Positions 24,541 through 39,008 of a stretch of 64,000 bases of DNA are shown piece by piece. A model generated the notes under the pieces. It had not been told where the DNA came from. It did no database searches and saw only the letters and a program-made list of their open reading frames with translations. Position 1 is the first letter of the stretch. Every line of letters begins with the position of its first letter. The stretch is from positions 29,140,001 to 29,204,000 of the forward strand of contig NC_135666.1 of assembly GCF_964188315.1 (NCBI RefSeq), given 5' to 3'. Position numbers and translations under genes: made by a program. This stretch comes from Podarcis muralis. Taxonomy: Eukaryota.

Positions 24541-25769
24541 AGGACTGCATGGTGTGGATCTCATATCAGTGTTATGAGAGTGTAAGCAACACATTTCTCT
24601 CTCCCCTTTCTCCACACCATGCAGAATTACAATGGTAAGCAGAAGGCTGGAGTTTGGAGCCCAGCCAGGGCTGGCTGTGGGCAGGATCCTTGCATTGCTG
24701 GGGATTGGACTAGATGACCCTTGGGATCCCTTCCAACTCTGCCATGTTCTGATTATATCAAGCAGCTAAAGGAACAAAAATATGCTTCTGAAACATTTGG
24801 GAATCATAGGAACACTCTCCTCACCAGTGGCTTCCAGCAAGAGCTTGCATCTCATCTTCCTTAGGAGAGTGGCAGTCCAGAACGAGGAGGGAAAGGCTCA
24901 GAGTTCAGGTAGGTAGAAATGCCAATTGCCCTATACTATAGGAACGTTTCCTTCCTGTGTCCCCCACCCTCATGTACCAGACTGGTGCTAGCATGGCTGG
25001 GAGCCAGGCGCCTGCTGTTTCCTCCATTTTCTTTGCAGGGAGGGAGACTTTCCCCAACATATAGTTTGTTCTGGCCAAATCCCTGGAGAGACATGACGAC
25101 CCTCAGGTACTGGGGCAGAGGGAAGGAAGGGGGGGTCCTTGTGAAACACATTTGGGTAGTCTGTGGCTTCCAGCAAATGCTTTTCAGAAGCAATGCTCCC
25201 TTCAACAGCATAGCCGAGCATAGCCATCGCGGCTAGTTGCCTTTGATAGGCCTCTCCTCCATGCAATTGTCTAGCCCTCTTTGAAAGCCATCCCATCCAA
25301 GATGCTCTTGTGGTGCATCTGATTCTCTTGTGCTTCCTTGCCCCTGCAAGGAGATGACTGTTGTGAGATCCTTTGATTAACATCTATCTGGGCTGGAAAA
25401 TATTAAAGAATCAGAGGACTGGTGAGCTTCCCTTGAAGCACAACTGATCAAAGGCAGGCAGATCTGTTAGCACCTTAATAAAGATGCTCAGACGACAAAG
25501 GATACTATCATACCCCGCAAGCATCTCAGAAAAAGCTCCCAAGCTGATGGAGAAGAGAGCAGTTAAGTGGTCAGTGGGGCTCCAGGTTGCCGTTTCTGGA
25601 TCCTACCACAGCCCTTCCAAGTTGCCCAAGAAATCAATGTCACGACAGTTTTTTCCTTGCACCTCCTCCCCATAATCCCACGTGGGGCCTTCTCAGACGT
25701 ATGCTGTGTCCGAACCAGCAGTTCCCACCAAACCAAGTAATCGAGGACCCAGTCAGAAAAGGAGTGTGC

Positions 25770-25960
25770 ACAGTCATACCAGAAATAAGTAAAATAACTA
25801 AACAGGCACTAGAAGTCACCCCAGAACTGGCCCTACTGAACATCTTCCAATATAACTGCCCACTCACAATAGAAAGAGCTCATAACCCACCGACAGCATA
25901 CAATTCAATATGGCTAACTTAACCCGACGACCCCCCTCACCCACGCACAAACAAATCCCA
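25770..25960 (+). mobile_element. L1-clade LINE ORF2 3' fragment (frameshifted)
   Basis: Translates to EISKITKQALEVTPELALLNIFQ, then after a frameshift and stop KELITH, matching the squamate L1 ORF2 C-terminus as I recall it. Confidence 0.55.
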
Positions 25961-26279
25961 CTGTGGCCAGCCAAAGATGATCAGCCACCCCAGCCTCTTT
26001 CACTATCAAGGAAACATAACAAGCGAATAGAAAGAGAACTTCCCCAAGTGATGCTGACAGAAAAACCCCAAGCATACATTAAATAAAAGAACTTAAGCTT
26101 TGCTACTCCAGTCCCTCTCTCCTGTCCCGTCCCCCGTCCAGGGCCGGATTTAGATGAAGAAAGACCTTGCTGAATTTCTTGCTTAGATGCTATCAGAAAA
26201 GCAAGAATGGCAAAACAGCTGTGCAACATCACTGTGTGCATTACTTCTTTTTAAATTGGCTTCAAGTGCATCTAATATA

Positions 26280-26687
26280 CCATAAAGAAGGCTGATCGCC
26301 GAAGAATTGATGCTTTTGAATTATGGTGCTGGAGGAGACTCTTGAGAGTCCCATGGACTGCAAGAAGATCAAACGCATCCATTCTTAAGGAAATCAGCCC
26401 TGAGTTGTCACTGGAAGGACAGATCCTGAAGCTGAGGCTCCAATACTTTGGCCACCTCATGAGAAGAGAAGACTCCCTGGAAAAGACCCTGATGTTGGGA
26501 AAGATGGAGGGCACAAGGAGAAGGGGACGACAGAGGAGGAGATGGTTGGACAGTGTTCTTGAAGCGACAAACATGAGTCTGACCAAGCTGCGGGAGGCAG
26601 TGGAAGACGGGGGTGCCTGGCGTGCTCTGGTCCATAGGGTCACGAAGAGTCGGACACGACTAAACGACTAAACAACAACAACAACAA
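26280..26687 (+). mobile_element. Bov-B/RTE LINE 3' fragment with TSD
   Basis: Intact RT C-terminal frame and (CAA)n tail; 12-bp TSD GCATCTAATATA at 26268-26279 and 26688-26699. Confidence 0.95.
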
Positions 26688-28822
26688 GCATCTAATATAG
26701 GAATAAAGAATTTTATCCTAAACTTATCTCTTGAAGAAAGTGCATCTAAGACATCAGGTGCACTTCTGTCATTTCTTTGCCGTTCCCTCACTCTTTGTCT
26801 CCTTGTTTTGTAGTTAACATTTGGCAAGGTGGCTTTTGCTTGTTTCTCAAGCTCATCAAAATCTTCTCTTTAAAAAATCCAGAAGTGAACTGTACAAACT
26901 TGCACAAGAACTCAATAACAGGTCTGATTTCTGAAGGGCCTTGCTGACCTTGTGAAAATGACCTAGCACACGGATTTATATCTCTTAAGATTCTGCAGAT
27001 TTTGGCTGTGAACTAGGGCCCCACAAAATTTTTTCAAGTTGGGCCCTACAGTTTCAAGTTGGGCCCCACTGGCTGGCCCTGAGTCTCATAGTTGCTGGGG
27101 CCGAGTTTCCCTGCTCTTTCATGAAGTCTTGGGTTTGCAATTTTGGGAGAGGGGAGACTGTCCACTGGGGGGCTGGGGAGGCCCCCTTGATTTAAAGGCC
27201 CTAGGCTTCAGTCTACTTAGCCTATACATAAATCCGGCACTGGGGGCAGGGCTTACCAGGGCTCCCACAATATTGTATTCAAGTTGGCACCCCTGGCAGG
27301 TCCATTCGTGTCCTACAGTCTAATCTCTACACCATGTTGGCTCTCCAACATTTCACCAGATAGTGAGCAAGCTGAAGAGTTCCCCACGATTTTTTCAGGC
27401 TGGATATTAAAGCAAACAAACAGAGAAGGGGCATGGATTAAAAAAATACACCCTGAATATACACTCTGTTGTTTCTCTTCCACTTTTTTTCTGTAACACA
27501 CAAATCCACTTGGAATATGCACGTTATTTGAAAAAAACAACAACAACCATCTAGTCCTCAGGGATGCAGTGGCACCCTTGAAATCTTCATCTGATTTCTA
27601 CAAAGCATCTGAACACACACACAAACTGACACCCTGATCATGAGATGGCAAGGGTGATTTTCTCTCTTGAAAAGCACATGTCAAACAATCACTCTTTTCC
27701 ACTTCCTCTTTCAGCTCTATGTGCTTTTCAGTATTAATTCTGCTGTTCTTTTGCAAAAGCAAAGTGTGTATGCGCATGTGCTTTATCACTTCTTGTATCT
27801 TTGTGGGATAATATGAGGGAGAGGGGTAAGAAGTGACCATTGAGCTAGCGCACACAGCACTTCCTCAAAAATCCAAGTGTGCCAATGGGCATAAAACTGG
27901 TCAGCAACCCCTGCTTTATATCATGGAGTGAAGAGGTTCAGCAGACCTGCACCACAATCCTGTAAGCCAGGGGTTGCCAACCCAGCACCTGCGGGTGCAA
28001 AGGCTTAATGGATTGTATTCCAGGATAGGCTACGTATCCTGAATGGCATGCTGGAGAAGCTTTAGCTGGGAACTTTGGGTGGCAGCCAGTAGTTTGGTTT
28101 CTCTCTAGACATGTCCTTTAGTAGGTCAGTCATGGTTACCTACTTTGACTTCTTAATCTGTTTCTTCACTCTCCCAGGTGAACATTGCAGTTTTAAGAAT
28201 GGTTGGTGTAAATCCTATAGGAGTTTGTCCTTGTCTGAAGGTCTGGAGTAAATGTGGCTACATTTGATGCTTAGCTGACAATAGATCATGTGATACGCTC
28301 TTCATGGTAAGTATAGTAGTTTGTTGGTATCTGGCATAATAAGACAGTGTTTATATGCCAATTGAATAGTTGCACAGTGGTGTTCAGAAAGTGAACCTGC
28401 TGTGTAGACTTGTGAAGAATCAGTTTGATGATGAGGTGGAAGTTGCTCCAATTCTAGCTGTATTTCTCAAGGTCCCACCCCTCATACTGATTTCCCTCTC
28501 CTTTCTTTATGTACCCAGCTAGTCTGAATTCTAATGCCTCTTCTCTGCAAGGCTGTTGGGGTTGGGTTTTTTTGTTTTGTTTTTCTGCTTTGCTTCCTTG
28601 CAGAGGGCAACCCTCCCCTGCATGAGGTATAAAATACTCCCATCCTGATGCCCCAAAGTCAGCAGAAAAACTGGAGTTTTTCCAGGCCCAAGTACCACCT
28701 GAGATATTTGTACATATAATATACTGTATATCAAGCACTGTACTCCCTCTGAATAAAAGCAAAGAAAAATCATAGAACACACCAGTAAGCCAATTACTAA
28801 AGGAGCTGATCCTTTCAGCAAG

Positions 28823-28823
<1 letters not shown>

Positions 28824-28868
<45 letters not shown>

Positions 28869-29090
28869 TTATTATTTATACCCCACCCATCTGACTGGGT
28901 TTCCCCAGCCACTCTGGGTGGTTTCCAACCCAATATTAAAAATGATACAGCATCAAACATTAAAAACTTCCCTAAACAGGGCCGCCTTCAGTTGCCTTTT
29001 AAAAGTAAAATAGTTGCTTATTGCCTTGACATCTGCTGGGAGGGAGTTCCACAGGGCAGGCGCCACTACCAAGAAGGCCCTCTGCCTGAG
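28824..29090 (-). mobile_element. L2-like LINE 3' end with (AAT)15 tail
   Basis: TTTATACCCCACCCATCTGACTGGGTTTCCCCAGCCACTCTGGG... motif with related copies at ~47815-47950 (minus) and ~59300-59440 (plus). The clade assignment is from memory. Confidence 0.65.
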
Positions 29091-32000
29091 CTCCTAATCA
29101 GATTAATTTGTGAATAAAGGCCAAGTGTAATGCAAGCTTTGGTATTACGGCTGCAGTCCTAAGAACACTTGCTTGCTGATTTACATACATGCTCACCAAA
29201 TATTACACAGGCTGCCCCAAGATGGGGGCTTAATATTGTAAATGGGTCAACAAAGCAGGTTGGTGGCAACAGGTTCTTTTAACTTTCCAGATTTTTCTTT
29301 GAAATAGTAAATGGAATTAAATTGGGGAAAAATATGGGCTGGCATTTTCATGCCAATGGTGTTGTATGTACTTCCTGCACAATTAGCACATATCCCACAA
29401 TAATCACCCATCTGTAAGCACCCACAGATAAAAATAAGGGCATACGGGTTAACTGTACTTTCCCATAGTAAGAATCATCAAGGAAGCCAGTTCCCTGCCC
29501 CTGTTACATAAGGTTGCAGCCGCTTCTCGTGAGCTGTATTCTGCATTCATTTACTATGCACAAGAAACAACATTTTATAGAGAGCTTGAAAAAGAAGATG
29601 AACACTGCAGAATGACAATCTGAGACATTCACACTCGCAGAATTTTTACCGGTAACAAGGCATTCACAAAAGGGGAAAGAAGTGTCAGTGATTGATTAAA
29701 GCCAAGAAATGAGGAATGCTTCTGGTAAATAAAAGGTACTGTAAAGGTAAATGACCCCTGGACAGTTAAGTCCAGTCAAAGGCAATTATAGGGACGCGGG
29801 TGGCTCAGTGGTCCTGGTAAATAGGGGCAGCTGGAAGAACATAAGGGCTTAAGTTCCACTAAGCTGTGTTCTTAGAAAATAGGTGCAAGTTCAAAAGGCA
29901 AGTGGTTGAACTTAATAAAACTGCATGCTTAATAAAACCCATGGACAAGGGTTGCCATAATGGCATTTTTTCTCAGAGTTCTCTGCTGGCTTTATCACAA
30001 ACCAGCCTTATCTTGCTAGACCTATTTGTTTCGCTGTGCTTGTTTTTCCACTGACTCCTAACATTTTCTAAATTTACTCTCCCCCTTTTGAATCCTCAGA
30101 CAGCTGTGAAGCTCTGTCTCCCTAGTAGCAGTGTTGACAAAAACAAAAGTCACTAAGGCTGAAATCCTATACCCACCTGGCACTAACTCCCATTGAGCTT
30201 AATAGGTAAACATGCTGTAGCAGTGCAATCCTATATCTATTTGCTCAGAATCAGGTCCCATTGAATTTACATGGGCAAAGGACTGCAGATTTAATCAAGA
30301 GATTTAACAAACCATTGAAATTTAAAAATAAGTTAACATTAGCTGCTTTTTTTGACATAATTATATTGGCAGAGAAAGCTGTTTGGATTAGCTTGGTTAA
30401 AGTTTATTCAATCTGCCTGCAGGGTATGGGCTGCTGTTCTGCAAATGGGTATAAACATCGGGGTGGCAACAGGGTTGGAGTTGTTTTTCAGAAATGTCCT
30501 TCCTTGTAATGGTCAACCAAAACTTGGAAAGGAATCGTAAAGAAAGAATGAATCTGTAGATTTGCTAATCCTGTTTTGCTGACTTTGATCATAGCCATTC
30601 TGCCCTCAGAACATTCCAACCGGAGTTACATATTTAATTTTTCCAAGCCATGAAGCTGTTCAGTAACCCTCACCTCCCTGCAAAATTTTCTATACAGACT
30701 TTAAAATACAGTGAAATGACAAAAACAACTAGAGCTGTAGGCTGTTAATCCAACTTTCCCCTATTGATAACCTATAATGCACAGTTAAACAGCTTTGTCA
30801 GCTTGCTGGATGCGGAAGACATTTTATCTCAGTGTGAAGTTTAGTAGGCTAAAGTTCACGGAGCTGTGAACAAAGACTTTCCATTTGGTGTGTGGCAGCA
30901 CTGAGATACTTTGCATTGCCTCCACAGCTCAAGTTTAGTGGGGGAAAGGTCATTTCTAGCGGCAGAGGCACTGAACAACATCCTCCCTGCTTCTCATATT
31001 TCGTAGAAGTCAGAGTACAGTATTTGGATCGCTTCCCCACTGCACTAAGCCTAGATGGTAAAAAATGTGTCTGCATCCAGAATAAACTTGCAGTAACAAA
31101 CATTCATCTTCTGTAAACAGGAGGCAGCCTTCTGCATTTTTCTCTGGTTGTGGAACAGTTTACTTGACCCATTTGGAACACCCACAAACCTCTTTTTTAA
31201 TACCCAATGTACCTGCATTTAAAATTTAAATATTTTTACCAGAGGTCCAAATGGAGGCAAAAAGTTATAAAAATCATTTCCCAGGCAGGCACAGCCTTTA
31301 TGGGTCCCTTGCCTGTCCATATGGTAAATGTTGGGTACAATGAGCAGTGTATGCGCTGAAGACTGATGCAAGCATGACCACCTTGTGAATTGTTCAGTCT
31401 GGTGAGAAGGCCTCACCTCCTCTGAGTTAGCCAGGCTGATGTGACTTTGGAGTTTAGCAAGACTGGCACTAGTAGTGTGGCTGAACTTTATTTTTATTTC
31501 TATTTTTGGCCCCTTAATTTTGATTTTGCCCTGTTGTGTATTGTCTGGATTATCTCACTGAAGTACTGACAAGGGGATATTTATTGTATTATTTTTTTCT
31601 TATTTGACAGTATTGATAGGTTATGTTAATAAGCTTTTCATGCTTTTTCAAACATTGTTTATTTGGGTAATAAGTTGGAGGGTTTTTTTCTTAAGTTGTT
31701 CATAAATTTTACAAAACATAAATAAATTACCTTTCTAGAAGCTTCTAAGATTGTTGTTTGCTCTAGTAAAATGTTTGGCCCGATGCAAGACATGATATTC
31801 TCTATCTTTCTCCCTCTCTATCATATTTTGATGGTGAGAGCATCACCTAGCAAAGGCTTCTAGCATGCTTGCCTATACTTAAATAAGTATAATGCACCAA
31901 GAAAACTGGAACAGTCAGATAATGTCAGTCCTTCGCAGTCAGTTGACATTTCAAATGATGCACCTAAAGACCTTAAAGTAGAGGAGATTCTCAGAGAACA

Positions 32001-32977
32001 CAACAAGATTATATAGGACAAGCACCAATTCACTCTTGCTGAGTAACAATTCATTTTGATTTCGTAACCTGTGAAGTGGTATGTTAAAAATAATGAACTT
32101 TAAGGAAACCCATGAAGAGTGTGATTATCAAAGCTTACTGCATCTGACCTTTGTTTGCTGACTTTTATTGTAAAGCAGTCAAGACAGATAATTTATATCA
32201 TCCCTTTCCTGTACTTTTTAATGACCTTAGATTTAAATTTTTTAAAAATTGGATGCATCAAACAAAAAGTTAGTCTGCCAAACAAAATGAAGGCATCCTT
32301 ATGTATTAGAACTTCTCAAGGTTGTTATTTATAAACAGTGTCTTAAAAGCTAAGCACATTTCCTAGCAGGGAAACATGACTCCTTGCCCTTATCCAGACA
32401 TGCGTCATACCTGTTTTTGTGCATCCATTATGGCTCACTCTTTTTAAATAAAACTTCCTCTTTAAGGCTGCTTTTCAGAAATATTGAGTGCAATGTTTAC
32501 CAACTGGTGCTGAGCAATGCATTTTCATTTGGCTGGCTCTGGCTGTGTGGAAATCCTATTGAGAAGACTGGTGGCATATGTCTATCAGCAAGGACCAGTA
32601 GACTGCCCCTGCTGATGAAAACATAAAAAACAAGGATAGATCCCCCCCCCCCCCAGGTCACAACCTGAAAAATGCATTATAGAATGAATTTCTATAATTT
32701 AAATATAGCAGGGAAGACTGTAACCAGATGACCTGGACGCTTGCTCACTGTGCTATCCATCTGGTAACAATTGATGGGCAACTTCAAGGCCCCTCCTTCT
32801 CTTTCTTCTTAGGGTTCTTTATGTTTAAATCAAACTTGGTTTGGACTTTCCTTCAAATAAATGAATCCTTTAAACAGAGGATACATGACCATCCTAAGTC
32901 AGGTGTGTGGGGGAGATCTAAATCAGGAGTCAGGGGCCCAATCTGGGTTGAATCCCCTGTACCTACTATTTACAGTA

Positions 32978-33110
32978 CAGTAGTACCTTGGTTTTCGAAC
33001 GTCTCGGAAGTCGAACGTTTCAGTTTTTGAACGCTGAAAACCCAGAAGTAACTGCTTCAGTTTTTGAACGCTTTTCAGAAGTTGAACGTGCCACGTGGCT
33101 TTCATATTGA
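32978..33110. mobile_element. Tc1/mariner MITE left end (partial)
   Basis: TA + CAGTAGTACC terminus followed by iterated GAACG subterminal motifs; no right end was found. Confidence 0.55.
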
Positions 33111-33792
33111 GTTTTCCGTAAAATGCCTGTAGGAGTTGATAGCAGTCATTCATTTATATGGAAGAAAGTAAAAGGGAATACCAAAAGGCAACATTAGTCT
33201 GGTAACTTGTCCTTTCATGACCCTAATGTTTGGGGATGTGAACAGGTCTTCTCCCCGTGTGTCTCACTGATTGAAACCCATTTTTTCTCTCCCATAGAAT
33301 TAAATGGGAAACTCTGAGAACCAAACCAATCTCTAGCTGCATTGCCTTCCCATAGGTTCCATTCCTTGGTGTGGTAGAATGCTGGGAGAGTGGGATGGAA
33401 AATTAGAAACTCATGTAATATACTTGCAACCTGTCTACCTGGTGGGTATGGTATTTCTAGGAGGAGGATTCATGTGCTCAGTGGGATCCTGACCATGTCA
33501 ACTCTGCACAAAGACACGTTGCACTCCTTGCTGGATCCATGTCATTGTAGAGCAGGCCACTCAGTGTCGTGGATGGAGATAAGCTTGTGGAGCCTAGCTT
33601 TTGCCCTTACCACAACAGTGTCCCCTTTATACTTTTTCCTGTATGAGTGAATAGCAAATTTTGATCAGAGAATGGAAATGAGAGCACTTGAGGACATCAC
33701 TGATGTGGGGGCTATGCCATGGAGGCTGTGTACATAGTAACTTCTACTCTGGCTCTAGTGTGTTATCATCACTGATTTTTTGAATCCTTGTA

Positions 33793-34118
33793 TGCCGATC
33801 GTATGGTCGGCGGTTCGAATCCCCGCGGCGGGGTGAGCTCCCGTCGTTCGGTCCCAGCTCCTGCCCACCTAGCAGTTCGAAAGCACCCTTAAGTGCAAGT
33901 AGATAAATAGGTACCGCTTTATAGCGGGAAGGTAAACGGCGTTTCCGTGCGCTGCGCTGGTGCTGGCTCGCCAGAGCAGCTTTGTCACGCTGGCCACGTG
34001 ACCCGGAAGTGTCTTCGGACAGCGCTGGCTCCCGGCCTCTTAAGCGAGATGAGCACGCAACCCCAGAGTCGGTCACGACTGGCCTGTACGGGCAGGGGTA
34101 CCTTTACCTTTACCTTTA
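33793..34118 (+). mobile_element. Sauria SINE (Squam1), 5'-truncated
   Basis: B box GGTTCGAATCC, body GCAGTTCGAAAGCAC...GTGCAAGTAGATAAATAGG, tail (ACCTTT)n; CpG-rich, so young. Confidence 0.92.
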
Positions 34119-37100
34119 TGCACAACATCAGCCATGATGTGGAACTATCCTGTAGTTTATTGAGAAATACTTCTGTTTGATGTTTCAAACCAAAAGAAAA
34201 TCTGAAGCCACAGTCACTTCACAGTTGAGCTGAGGGTCTGTGTTTGAGACAGCCACTGCACATGTACAGATAACAGTGCATGCATAGGTGAATGAGAGTT
34301 TGTGTGGGGTTGCAGGGGCAGGAAAACTGAATGGGGAATGCACATTGGATGATGAAGGCACCCCCACTTCCTCTCTAGTGTGTACAACAATGTCCAAGTG
34401 TGACTTGAAATGCAACTGGTGGGGGTGAGAACAACCTCGCTGCATTTTCAGCTCCCAATGTGTACATAGCCAGAGTATCCCACTTGTTCCCATCTGCATA
34501 GAGCCACATGGGTTCTGTTTTTTGTTTACACTGAAGTGTGATTGAATGCTGAGAAACTGAAAATACAATGTAGGTAGATTTAAAAATATCTAGCTATTCG
34601 GTGTTTAGACCTTGTCATGGCTCCAATTAATTCCTGGTCCCAGCTCGACTAATTATGGAGCAAATTAACTTTCCACTTTAAAACCTTTCACATTTATTCA
34701 GTTCTCATTTTAATCCCTTACTGTTCTAAGTGAGACTGTCCAGAATTTTCCATCTCTGATTATATGTCTTCTGTTAATCTCCACTTTACATTTATTAATG
34801 GAAGTTTAGACCCATTTGTTTTAGTACATTCTGAACCCATTAGATGTTCAAGTGTCCTTTCAACTAATCTGGGAAGAACCTTATGCTAGACCTAGTAGAC
34901 GTCAGTGAGTTGATTATTATGGTGCTTACAGGCTAATATTAGACCACTTGCACTCAGCTGCTTGATTGGAGGTTTTAAAAAATAGTGAGGCATGCCATTT
35001 GACAGACCTTGTCTGCACGTAGTACTTTTCCTGCATGAGGGAGCCATGTGGCAATAGGGTAAATCAAAAGGCCATGTTAAGAAAAGAAGACTTTAGTATT
35101 AGGCAGGTGACTTTTTTAAAGGACACATATTTTAATCAAACAGAGAGTTATAAATTCCAACATGAAAGTAGGGCATGTGTCCCACCATGTGGAGTCTTAC
35201 AATCCAACATATAGCAAACTACTTGTATGTGATGAGAAAGCAGTTCATTTGAGAGGTAAAGTGTAAGCATTTCCCCCTCCAATTGATGCAAAATATTATA
35301 AAAATGACAAATCCACATTGCAGTAATGGTAAGGCTATCTTACCAGGAAAAGGAAAAGGTATCTGATGAAACTGGTAGATGGGGTCAAGTCTGCTTGTTT
35401 GTGGAAATGGAAGCCAGGAATAATTTAGCAAAAGTAACAACCAGATTTTTTTAAAAAAATATGAAACCACAAGGTTCTTTCTGTTAATATCTCCAGGAGA
35501 CAAACAACCTGAAATTATTGAAGTTTTTAGATTTTCCATCGTAAAGGAAGTATCACTGATGTACATGGGCTTGTGTCTGTCAATACAGTGTTACTCAGAC
35601 TGGCCAAAGGTTGCAAATTTTCCAGGATAGGCAGAAATTGCTGCCATAGTGTACTTTGCTTTTTAAAGCGTTAGCGACTTTCAAAGGACAGTTTAGTGCT
35701 GCTATATCTGCTGACGCCACCAGTCTGGACGTGAAATGGTATTGGTTATGAAAATTATTGCTGCTGTGTAGGCGACAGTAGCAACTTTGCAAATACCAAT
35801 GATTCCTGTATTTGAAAAGATTACACATTTGTAATCCACAGCAGTTTGAGCACCCATTAAATATGAGTCAGGAGACTCATTCGCTTTATCACTGGCTTAA
35901 AGCGAGAGGAAGTGACACCGCAGCATGTAAGCCTTGAAATAACATTTTAACTCAGCTATTTCCAATTCCCTCTTTTATCTTCCACCCCTTTTTGTTCATA
36001 GTGTGTGTTGAATATTAAAAATAACTCATTTATTTGCAGAAATTAATTTTGCAGCCAAATTATATCCGTTAAACATTAGTGACAGCAAAGGTTAATGCAG
36101 CAGCAATCAGAATGTGCAAATGGAAAATATAAGCTGGTTCCTGTGGCAGTAATGAGGATACACAAGAAAGCTGAGTGCACACCTCACTTTTGTTAACCCC
36201 TCTTGTGTGTTCTGCATGGATTGTTCCTCATCTGCAGGATGCTGCATGCACAACTCCAGGGTTGCCAGACTTCCAGGTCCAGCCTGAAGTCTCCAGGTTT
36301 GGCCCCCTCCAGGTGGCAAGTGGAAGGCTTGAAGCTCTAGGTGGTCAAGAGTGCCTTTAATAAACTATATATTATTAAGAAGACTGTGAGTGCAGCTTAC
36401 AAGCTTCAGCCTGGTAGGAGCTGGCTACAAATTATAGCATAGACATGTCCTCTATTTGATATTTTAAGTAGTGGTCATCAGATCTGCTTGGGGTTCATTG
36501 CATGATTGGAGTGATAAATATTGAACGTATGTCCCTATAGTAATGATGAATGAATGAATGAATCACTCAATCAATTTATTTCGGTCACTGACCAGAATGC
36601 AAACATATACAACAACAGAGAGCATATAAATATGAATAGATTAAAAGTAAGCTCTGCGAGCTGATACACAATAAATAATTCAGATATAAAACAGCTAAAA
36701 TATATACTGTAAATTAAAACCTTGACCGCTAATTTAAAACATATTAAGACATTGGCCGTTAGAGTCATTCAGAGCTTATCTCCTTAATTTTATAGCAGCA
36801 GCAGCAGCAGCACAGAATTTAGCCACTTTTAAGGTAATATCTGGTTCCCTGTCTTCAGTTAAGTATTTTAAGTAGTAATAATCAGTTCTGCTTGGGATAA
36901 TATTCTGGCATTGTTCCAGAAGCTTGCTGTTGCATCATGATGGTGGCACAACACCTCTGTCACTGTCACCTTGCATCTCTGTCTGTTGTAATAAGCAGTT
37001 AATATGGGATTATTTTATTTTATTTTTTGCTGAAAGGAAGCATAGAAGTGTAGGTTTGCTCACTGGCTTTACACACAGTGCAGCTGTAGCTACATTTCAT

Positions 37101-38308
37101 CAAGCTGATATCTATTCAGTTGCGACTATATACATATACAGGATCAGGTGCCTGTCTGATAGCACACAAAGCATTAGTAAATAAGTATCACTGTGAGTTT
37201 CATTCTGTGTTCTATTTTTAACCTTTCACGGCCATAGCAAAGGGAAACAGGTGTGAAAACAACTACCGCTTAGGCAGCTCATCTTCATTCAAGCAGGATA
37301 AGTGTAAACAGATATGCCTTCCATTAGGGGAAAACCCAATAAAGCCAAATGGCATGAAATCACAAGTATGAGCTCAAGCAGACCAAAATCTAACTCCTTG
37401 GGGAGCCTTGTCAGCAATATCCCATTTCACCTCAAATAGGTGTTATTAAGAATGTGCTTTGGGGAGCCACAGAAAAGCAGTATGTAGTGTTAAGTTATGG
37501 CAATGCTTCCTGAAGAAAGAGAGAACAGTGTAACAGATTGAAACAAACAGATGTTCCCGACCTGGAGGCGAAGGATAATGTCAGAATTTTATGCTCACAA
37601 TTTGCAAAGATGCTGAGTGGAATGTACTGTTTCTGATCTATGAAGTTTCTTGTCAGGGAGGGTTCTTCCTAGGCCCCAGTGGCCCCAGTGCTGTGTTCCT
37701 GCCTCACTGCCCTAGGTCAGGGATAACAAATGTGGTGCCTCCAGATGTTGTTGGACTCCAACTTCCATCAGCCACAGCCAGTGGTTAGGGATGATGGGAA
37801 TTGTAGTCCAACATCTGGAGAGCACCCCGTTGACTGCCCATGACCTACACACTGGTTCCAGTGCAGTGAATTAACATTTTTGTTACCCTACCCATCTATC
37901 CACAAACTTCCTTGTTTGCTGAAATATTTACTGAGAACAATACATCTTCAGAACTTATACCTCTCCCTATTAGGCAATGACTTTGTCACAATTTGAGATT
38001 TTTCTTAAATCATTTTCCTAAAGAAATTTCATAGAGGAATTAGGACTAGCCTGACACACTTGTCCACAATGTGCTGCTGCTGCTACTACGCCAACAATTG
38101 TCAGGTGATACAAGGAGCCAATAGGATTCCATCTGGACTAGGAGAACCTTTAAAATATTATAGGATCTGTGACAGAGTACTGCCATAGTTTACTTAATGG
38201 ATAATTTGTGTCAAAGAAGTACAGGCAACTCCCAATTTACCCCGCCCCATTCTGCCCCTTTTTGTGATGTTCCTGTGACTTCTTGGGTCACTTTTGGGTT
38301 TAGCGTGA

Positions 38309-38336
38309 TGTGTGTGTGTGTGTGTGTGTGTGTGTG
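38309..38336. repeat. (TG)14 microsatellite
   Basis: Direct reading. Confidence 0.95.
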
Positions 38337-39008
38337 GTTGCACTCATATCAGACTCGCCTAAAATAGTCGCTTCCTGTAGTCTTAAAAACCCCAGCAAAC
38401 TTCAGTGTCTAAGCATTAAATATATGCCTGCAGGTATCAGACTGGGACAAGAGTTCCCCTAGGGTTGCCCTACCATTAGGCAGAGTGAGGTGGTGGCCAT
38501 AAGTGGTAGCTGTAAGTTGTAGATAGCAGTGGCCATCTCCCTGATGACTGGGCTTTCCCATTCTCCTGAGCCAGTGGCAATATTCATTGTGATACATGGT
38601 TGCTATTGGCCTGGACTGGTCTGACTTGCCTAATAATATATGTTAAATATGTGTACCTACTTAAATGCGGCAGCTTTGGTTCAGAACACAAGCTTTCCTC
38701 CAAAGAGTGATACCATTTTAACAAAAATGTAATCCAAATAATTTCCAGTGTGACAAACAAGCAGATACTGGATTCATGTGGCCCTTTGTGTGTGTGTTTT
38801 TTTGGGGGGTGGGGTGGGGGTGGGAATCCCCGGCTGATTTTTGCAGACTCTTTGCTTTCCCTCTCAGCTGTTTCCTTTCAAACATGTTTAAAATAGCTGA
38901 CTTGGGCAGTGTTTGGTTTGGGAAGAAAGGTTTCTGTGACACTAGAGCCTCTAGTGGAAATGTTTGCATAGTGCACCTTATTTTGTCTCGGCCTCTTGTG
39001 ATACACCA

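Noticed and set aside
26139-27242. Facing hAT family-B termini (CAGGGCCGGATTTA ... TAAATCCGGCACTG) enclosing a Bov-B fragment, suggesting a composite transposon
   Set aside because: The flanks CCCCCGTC and GGGGCAGG are not a direct 8-bp TSD, and the interior does not match family B; these are more likely independent end fragments.
27598-27855. IKHMRIHT resembling a C2H2 zinc-finger end
   Set aside because: No upstream CxxC at the right spacing and no TGEKP linker; a chance match.
29739-29812. Apparent inverted Sauria 3' end fused to a SINE head
   Set aside because: Equally explained as one diverged minus-strand fragment of another Sauria subfamily; too short to call a rearrangement.
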